This document shows positions 56,130 to 64,000 of a stretch of DNA of 64,000 nucleotides, piece by piece (within the stretch, counting starts at the first letter, position 1; the number at the start of each line of letters is the position of its first letter). Both the position numbers and the translations under genes were made by a program. Source of the stretch: Eledone cirrhosa (Eukaryota); contig OZ024746.1 in the NCBI GenBank assembly GCA_964016885.1, forward strand, positions 9,114,001 to 9,178,000, read 5' to 3'. A model generated the notes under the pieces. The model saw nothing but the letters and a program-made list of their open reading frames with translations, made no database searches and was not told the DNA's origin.

Positions 56130-56569
56130 GACAGAGGAGTCTAAAGGAATAGGGGTTACGCATTAAGGTGAGGGAGAGAATGGTTTGTAGGGAGAAAATA
56201 AGTTGCTTTTTTCTCCACCAACGCGAGTCAATGAGTCAGGCACAATGTGTGAGCCCAAAGACACTGAAGTGGCCAGCGGATCGGAGTTGGGTTGCCGACC
56301 CGGATGTCCCGAAGATGTTCAGAAAATCTGTCAGCCAGACGACGGTCAGTCTGACCAAGGTAGATAACTCCGCACAGAGTACAGCAGACACATACACAAG
56401 GCTGGTGGAAGTGCAGCTGAAGGAGTCCCTAACCCGGAAGGACCGGTCATTGTGACGGAAAAGGATGGTAGTGTGGTAGATAAAGCCGCATGTATGGCAA
56501 CAGGGTCCGGAAATGGGGTGGGATCCAGGGGATGTGTTGAGGGAAATAAGGACGCTGCGGACGAGGAAG
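56130..56569 (-). pseudogene. Penelope-like element GIY-YIG endonuclease remnant
   Basis: Minus strand CCHTC...DSFSCTSTSLVY/[frameshift]/VCCTLCGVIYLGQTDRRLADRFSEHLRDIR matches the PLE motif CxSxNVVYxxxCxxCxxxYIGxTxRxLxxRxxEH. Confidence 0.85.
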
Positions 56570-56652
56570 GCTTCTAAAGGACTAGTACTGTTTCATTCTT
56601 CTTAAATCATCATGATTTCATACGAATGAAACAGTACTAATCCTTTAGAAGC
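56570..56652. repeat. 29-bp-arm hairpin at the 5' truncation point of the PLE remnant
   Basis: gcttctaaaggactagtactgtttcattc / gaatgaaacagtactaatcctttagaagc. Confidence 0.85.
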
Positions 56653-56680
56653 TTTTTCTTTATAAACTTTTCTTCATTCT

Positions 56681-56733
56681 ACAGCACCTTCTTTACTGTG
56701 GTTACACCCGACTCAACTCGGGGCCTACGTATC

Positions 56734-56815
<82 letters not shown>

Positions 56816-56816
56816 T

Positions 56817-56883
<67 letters not shown>

Positions 56884-57378
56884 AAGCTTAGTAAAATCGA
56901 AGCTTTGGCTGTGGGCAAGCAAAGTCGACCTACAATATGAATGAGTTAGCAAAGCACTCAATAAGGGTAGGTCCTTGGAGCAATAACATACGTTTAAATA
57001 GCTTGACAAATTGAACATTGTGGTAGGCAAACCCCAACCCACAATACCAAAGTAACGAAAAAACTAACAGGTTAAAAAAGATACACCTGGACAAATTAAA
57101 CGATATACGTTTAAAGTGTTTCTGTGAATCCGAAATCAAATTCCGACTTACGTAACCAGGACGCTCGTGGTATTCCATGATCGGACAGAGAATTCATTTC
57201 ATCAACAGGAGTTCCGTTCTGTCCAAAACCGAGGTGTACGTTAAATGGTGCTGCTATCAGCAAGCTAATCGTACATTTAGTTATCACGTGTTATTTCCAA
57301 CGATGTTGGCGGGTAGATATACATATGATAATAAACCATGAGTTGAGTCGGGTATAACCACAGTAAACAAGGTACTGT
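56681..57378. repeat. About 60-bp inverted repeat pair enclosing about 580 bp
   Basis: 56681-56740 vs 57320-57378 (acagYaccttStttactgtggttaYacccgactcaactc). Confidence 0.8.
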
Positions 57379-57449
57379 GTATATCTATATATCCATTTCA
57401 ACAAACGATTTCACATCATTTATCTTGCAGATCAAATACATAATCCTAT

Positions 57450-57533
<84 letters not shown>

Positions 57534-58164
57534 TTATGCCATTTCATCGTCAATTATGGAAACCGCTTCTTATTTATTATGCCCAAAGATGCAATGTCAT
57601 GTTTGCAAATAGATATATAGCAAAAAATATATTCGTGTATTTAAAGTATGAAAATCTGTTTATGTGTATAAAAAAATATTATTGGTAATGTTAATGTATT
57701 CATAATGTTCAGTTACATTTAATGCCTAAGGAAACAAATGAGGTTACGACAGTAGGATCACCTGCTACGAAGCATACTCATTGTAGTCAAGAGAGAAATT
57801 TAACCCTACATTTCAATAGCAAGATAGAATGGATTTTAAATGTGTATACCTATATGTCTTAGTCTCTGATAAGTTTATACATACATGAAGATGGCTGCAA
57901 CTCGATTTCTAGTAATGCCATCGCTTCATACTTAAGCATGAGCATCACGGACGTGGCTTTTTAGTCCTGATAGAGACTTGCCTATGGCCACCAATACCAT
58001 GCATATCAAAAGCGATGTCACATCAAGCGATGCTTGTGATTGAAGGTTTTTTTAAGTAAGGAAAGGATTTGCACGGGGCCAATATCATTCTCTCAACAGT
58101 GAGTACATTTGCCTAAAACGAAGAACTGGCCTACATCATTAGATTCAAACGAAGTCGCAGGTTT

Positions 58165-58450
58165 TAAATGAGAGTGAATTTCTTCTAGAGAGATGTCTTA
58201 ATGAAGTCTAGGAGTCTCTCGCTCTACAAAAAAAAAGAAAGAAAGCGAAAACATTATTGGATGGCCGTTGAATGTCCTGAGTTCCTCCACCCTTTGACGG
58301 GTTTCGTTCTCATCCTGTAGGTTGTCCAAAATCACTCTTCTCAGCAAGCAAGCTTAGTAGGGCTGTCGGTTTCATCACCGACGACTCGGCCATGCACAGG
58401 TTGTACTTGATTATATGTTACCAGTAGCGCTGAAGAACAACCTGACATAT
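58165..58450 (-). mobile_element. Old copy of the RTE-like element 5' part
   Basis: Similar to 7150-7410; abuts (CATA)n. Confidence 0.6.
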
Positions 58451-58498
58451 ACATACATACATACATACATACATACATACATACATACATACATACAT

Positions 58499-58955
58499 CA
58501 AAGATTAGTGAAAAGGAGAACATTTATGCAGAACTGATGAGAAATCTGCAGATACTCCACCCTGATTACACCTTCAGATTTATACCTGTGATTATTGGGG
58601 CACTGGGATATGTTAGTAACTGCCTCAATACAAATCCTGAGAAGCTAGGCTTCACAGGAACAGAAAGAACACAACTAGTTAGGAAATTACAAGTACAATC
58701 CATTAATGGAACAGTGAAAATATGTAAAACATTCCAAACATTTTGCATCTAATAACTGCATATGCACATGCACACATACAACTCAACACATACACATTCA
58801 CACATACAATAACATCCATATCTACACATGCATGCATACATACATATCTACCTAGTTGATGTTGTGTAAATTCCAATGAGAGAGTCTTATGTCTATGTTA
58901 GAAACCGACTCTCTCTATTGGCAAAAATTTGTGAAATTATAAAACCAGAATAACA
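58499..58955 (+). pseudogene. R4/Dong-like non-LTR retrotransposon 3' end in (CATA)n
   Basis: KISEKENIYAELMRNL...FIPVIIGALGYV...LQVQSINGTVKICKTF matches the R4-clade C-terminus (KxxKYxxL...PVVIGALG...GTxKI). The 3' UTR ends in (CATA)n, and a second 3' stub lies at 59419-59455. Confidence 0.8.
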
Positions 58956-58995
58956 TATACTTACATACAAACATACATACAAACATACATACATA

Positions 58996-59357
58996 CATGG
59001 TGGCTGCCAACTCGTTTTCGAGTACGGCCACTACTTTATATCCATGTAGAAGAACCCCTACCAATGCGCTGAACGAGTGTGGCTTCTTAGTCCAGCCAGC
59101 AAGTTGAAAACTCTGGTACAAACACTACACCTGTGACAATTATTGACACATAGTGCTGGGCCCATGGTACCATGTGACGACAAGTGCAGAGAGATCAGAG
59201 ATCTCCAGATATAAAGCAATGCCTGTGCCGTGAAGCTTTTATAGTGAGCAAAGGCACTGCACAAAGCCAGTCCCACTCTCTTAACCAAGATAATATTTAC
59301 CAAAAAGAAGAACAAGTCAACATCATTGGATACCATCAGGGTTGCAGGTGTTATATC
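58996..59357 (-). mobile_element. 5'-truncated copy of the non-autonomous RTE-like element
   Basis: Near-identical to 6797-7151; flanked by (CATA)n on both sides. Confidence 0.75.
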
Positions 59358-59864
59358 ATACATACATACATACATACATACATACATACATACATACATA
59401 CATACATACATACATGCATGCAAAACTTTGTGAAATTATAAAACCAAAAGAACATACATATGTGACATACATACATACATACATACATACATACATACAT
59501 ACATACATACATACATACATACATACATACCAACATATATATACGTCCATACATACCTACATACATAAACAGATAAGCATACATACATATATATTATTTT
59601 ATATATAATTCTATATATTATCATATATAGTATACATAGATACTATTCAATATCAATTAGTCATGGCAGGCAACGTACAATATAGACTCTACTCTACTTC
59701 TGACAAGCGACAAGAGAACATACACTAATACAGTTACTCCACCTGCGCTGTCGTCATTACATTATTCAATCAGAGGAAATTAAGAAAAGAGATAGCTTAA
59801 CCAAGTTGCGTTCAACATTCAATACCATATACTTCACCTGCACTAAGCTGTGATGCCTCGAAAC

Positions 59865-59897
59865 ATGTATATATGTATATGATATGTATATATATAT

Positions 59898-59989
<92 letters not shown>

Positions 59990-60343
59990 ATATGTATGTA
60001 TATGTATATATATGTATATGTATGTATATGTATATATATGTATATGTATATATATGTATATGTATATGTATGTATATGTATATATATGTATATGTATATA
60101 TATATATGTATGTATGTATATGTATATATATGTATATACATATATATATGTATATATATATATATGTATATATATATATACATATCCATATATACATATA
60201 TATATATATATACATATATATGTATATGTATATATATATATCGCATATATATTTACATACATATACATATATACATATATATATATACATATATATACAT
60301 ATATATATATATGTATATACATATATGTATATAAATATATCTA

Positions 60344-60414
<71 letters not shown>

Positions 60415-60521
60415 TATATGTATGTATGTGTATATATATATATACATGTGTGTGTGTATGTATGTGTATATATATATATATATCGTATATGTATGTATGT
60501 GTATATATATTATATGTATAT

Positions 60522-60565
<44 letters not shown>

Positions 60566-60566
60566 C

Positions 60567-60613
<47 letters not shown>

Positions 60614-60625
60614 GCATATATATGC

Positions 60626-60673
<48 letters not shown>

Positions 60674-60685
60674 TTACAAATATAT
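59865..60685. repeat. Complex (TA)n/(TATG)n microsatellite
   Basis: Directly visible. Confidence 0.95.
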
Positions 60686-61122
60686 TTAACATGAACATGA
60701 ACACCCACCTATCACCAACGAAAGTAATTACGTTGCAGCATGAATACGCTTACATTATCGGACTTCTATCTTTATGAATGCTACATGTTTACGGGCGTAT
60801 CGAAATCATTTCTCTACATGATTATATAGAGTTTATCTTTTAACATGGGAGTCAAATCTCATATACAACTGTTCATTAATGTTTCTTCAAACAACTAATT
60901 TTCCACAGCTGTGATTCAAGAGGAAACATTCCATTGGAACACATGTTATTTTTACATGACATTTACATCTACCTGCACCCCTTTACATGATAATTTGCAC
61001 TAAAAAACACGGTGTTTATAAATATGTATATCTAGATCTATCTGAGTACATCACTATATAGTGATGCAGACATAATAATTCATTAATATATATGTATATC
61101 TATATATCTATATATATATCTA

Positions 61123-61499
<377 letters not shown>

Positions 61500-61511
61500 C
61501 TATATCTATAT

Positions 61512-61722
61512 AGGCGTGTGGCTGAGTGGTTAGAGAATTGGATTCGCAATCGTAAGGTTGTGAGTTCGATTCCTGGACCAGGCGATGCGTTATGTCCTTG
61601 AGCAAGACACTTTATTTCACGTTGCTCCTTCTACCTGGAGTTGCGACCGATAGATAGTATTAGCAATTGGAAAGACCAACGGAAACATTGTTCCCTCGGT
61701 CCGATTTGACGAAAGTCGATCG
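61512..61722 (+). mobile_element. SINE family 2, full length
   Basis: tRNA-like head ggcgtgtggctgagtggttagag...gagttcgattcc followed by tgtccttgagcaagacactt; in (TA)n. Confidence 0.9.
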
Positions 61723-61771
61723 TCTTCTATATGTATATATATATATATATATATATTAAATAACAGATTAA

Positions 61772-61822
61772 AGTTTAAGCAAAGAATCGCTGCTTTCACC
61801 CTTCACGGGATCTTCTGAAACT
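61772..61822 (-). ncRNA. Hammerhead ribozyme fold (family H), U4A core variant
   Basis: Minus strand agttt-CAGAAGA-tccc gtgaa gggt-GAAA-gcag cgattct ttgc-TT-aaact. The sister copy at 44341 has TGAAGA, so the consensus core is CTGAAGA. Confidence 0.7.
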
Positions 61823-61933
61823 AACAAACTCAATCTGTAAACGCAGAACTGGATATTTCAAAAAACGTTGCAACCGGAGGAAGACAGGAAGACGATACTT
61901 TAGTTCGTGGAAACGTTCGCTGTTTATTATTAC

Positions 61934-61991
<58 letters not shown>

Positions 61992-62015
61992 ATGTATATA
62001 TATATATATATATAT

Positions 62016-62422
62016 ATTGTTATACTTGGGGAGGGTCATATTTGTGTAATAATGCCAGAATTAATAACAGAACACACTCACTGAGAAAAGATGGCGTAGA
62101 AAATCAAATGCAACGGGGGGAAACAATAGAACCATTGACGATGTTGCAGATGTGCAACGAAAGAACTTTGATAAACCATATATATGTGTTTGTGTCTATA
62201 TTGTATCTGTATTTGTTACCGTTGGTTAGTCAATTGCAACATTGAGGACCGAATAAATTAGGTTACCGATATAAAAGACACAGAAGCGAAAAGCGAAAAG
62301 CAACCAAACAGTGAGTGTGTTCTGTTATTAATTCTGCCAATATTACACAAATATGACGCTCCCCAAGTATAACAATATTTGTTTCGACACACGATTTCAT
62401 ATAAAAAACCTCGCATAACTAA

Positions 62423-62426
<4 letters not shown>
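62016..62426. mobile_element. Foldback element in (TA)n: about 68-bp arms plus about 47-bp tail
   Basis: 62016-62084 vs 62309-62378; the same arm end occurs at 48570-48594. No ribozyme core found. Confidence 0.75.
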
Positions 62427-62495
<69 letters not shown>

Positions 62496-62828
62496 GATAT
62501 ATATGTATGTATATATTGTTTACAAACAAACCGAGCATTATAATAAATGTTCGGTAAATCCATACGTACATATATATATATGTGCATGTATGTATGTATA
62601 TACATACGGCTGTACGTGTGTATACATATATGTATGTACGTATACATACTGATATTTAAGTATCAGCCGTACTAAGAGAGAGAAATGAAATTTAATTTTT
62701 TCCATTTATCGGTTTCGGTACACCCAGCCGACTAACTCACTCCATATGCAAATTAGGCTGCTCAGCCATTAATATGCATAAGGAAAGTATATACTTTCAA
62801 ACGTTCAATCGACTGACAGGAAGGTATA

Positions 62829-62869
62829 CGGTGCTGAGGACAGCTAATAAGCTAGAAACTAGTTCATCG
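62829..62869 (+). ncRNA. Minimal type I hammerhead ribozyme (family I)
   Basis: cggtg-CTGAGGA-c agct aata agct a-GAAA-ctag-TT-catcg; palindromic stem III ACUAGU. The element spans about 62651-62995, and its tail is repeated at 62516-62571. Confidence 0.8.
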
Positions 62870-63114
62870 TTCCTTTGTCAGTGTTGAACAAAAGGGCACC
62901 GATGGTTGCCGAACACTGTACGGCTAATAATTCGGGATGTTTGTTTACAAACAAACCGAGCATTATAATAAATGTTCAGTAGACCCATACGTACATGTAT
63001 ATATGTGTGCATATATGTATGTATATACATACTACTTTACGTCTGTATACATATACGTATGTATACATACTTATATTTATATATATATATATGATATATG
63101 TATTAAATAAATAC

Positions 63115-63159
<45 letters not shown>

Positions 63160-63170
63160 ATATGTAATAA

Positions 63171-63230
<60 letters not shown>

Positions 63231-63232
<2 letters not shown>

Positions 63233-63288
63233 AATAATAATAAATTTGAAGACTAAAATTCAAAGAGGTCTCGATAAGGATAAATATA
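63231..63288 (-). mobile_element. Family H tail-only copy
   Basis: Reverse complement of the 3' tail of 32115-32171 and 44482-44531. Confidence 0.7.
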
Positions 63289-63593
63289 GAGAGGGTAAAG
63301 ATACAGAGAAAGAGGAAGCAGTAAGAACGAAATAGACGGGTCACAGCGGGGGAAAAAATATGTGTAAATATGTGAATAAACGTGCTGCGTGGTTGCTAAT
63401 GGGTTACATATGAATAAAGTTAGTCCTTCATCAGTGATCTTCCAACCATCATTGGTATTTCATCGCTTTAAAGACCATATACCTCCGGTTATAGAGAGAG
63501 AGAGAGAGAGAGAGAACATATGAAGTTGGAAATAGCACGGGAGATATGTTTAAGGGTCTGTTTTTCTTTTTTGATCTGTCAAAGTGACATTAT

Positions 63594-63779
63594 TGGATTG
63601 GTAGTATCGGTAGAGGGTCAGACACTATGCTTTCCAGCATAGTTACGTCCCTTTACGATCTGAGTTCAAATCCCGCCGAGGTTGACTTTGCCTTTCATCC
63701 TTACGAGGTCGATAACATAAAGTACCAGTAATGCACTGGGATAATTGATGGCCTTGTGCCAAAAGTAGAAACAATTATT
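63594..63779 (+). mobile_element. SINE family 1, full length
   Basis: Same A/B boxes, central domain and aacaattatt end as the other copies. Confidence 0.9.
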
Positions 63780-64000
63780 GAAAATATAGTGTTATTAAAA
63801 ATGAAGGACAATTCATTTCTGAAAATTGTTTATGAAGTATATAAAGTGTATGAAAAAATTACCAGTTTCGATGTATTAAAATCCATCTTGTCAAATTCAG
63901 TGAAAAGAGTTAATTAAAAAGGGAAGAAAAAAAAAGAGTTTAAAATTAAAATTAAAATTAAAAACGAATGTTTGAGCAAAATTTCTTACATCATGCCATC

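Noticed and set aside
61512-61590. tRNA gene
   Set aside because: tRNA-like head of a SINE present three times; the acceptor stem does not close and the sequence continues into the SINE body.
61880-61925. Hammerhead-like gaaga-cga...tcg-tg-GAAACGTT
   Set aside because: CUG of the core is missing and stem I is weak.

Overview
AT-rich, microsatellite-saturated eukaryotic non-coding DNA. The repeat landscape resembles octopus/cephalopod genomes, but this is an inference. I find no credible intact protein-coding gene, and almost all ORFs in the track are translations of (TA)n, (CA)n, (CATA)n or a 9-bp minisatellite. The window holds two tRNA-derived SINE families, a non-autonomous RTE-like element, decayed fragments of several non-LTR retrotransposon clades (CRE-like, R4/Dong-like, HERO/NeSL-like, Tx1/L1-like), a Penelope GIY-YIG endonuclease remnant, a 105-bp tandem array and a 4.4-kb 9-bp minisatellite. 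The main structure not explained by the ORF track is a dense set of short elements sitting in (TA)n tracts. Most are built as [inverted arm]-[junction]-[arm + unique tail], and at least nine unrelated sequence families carry a type I hammerhead ribozyme fold (CUGANGA...GAAA...UH, mostly with a palindromic minimal stem III). This fits Penelope-like-element (PLE) pseudo-LTR termini or retrozyme-like RNAs. All calls were made by eye, and boundaries are approximate.
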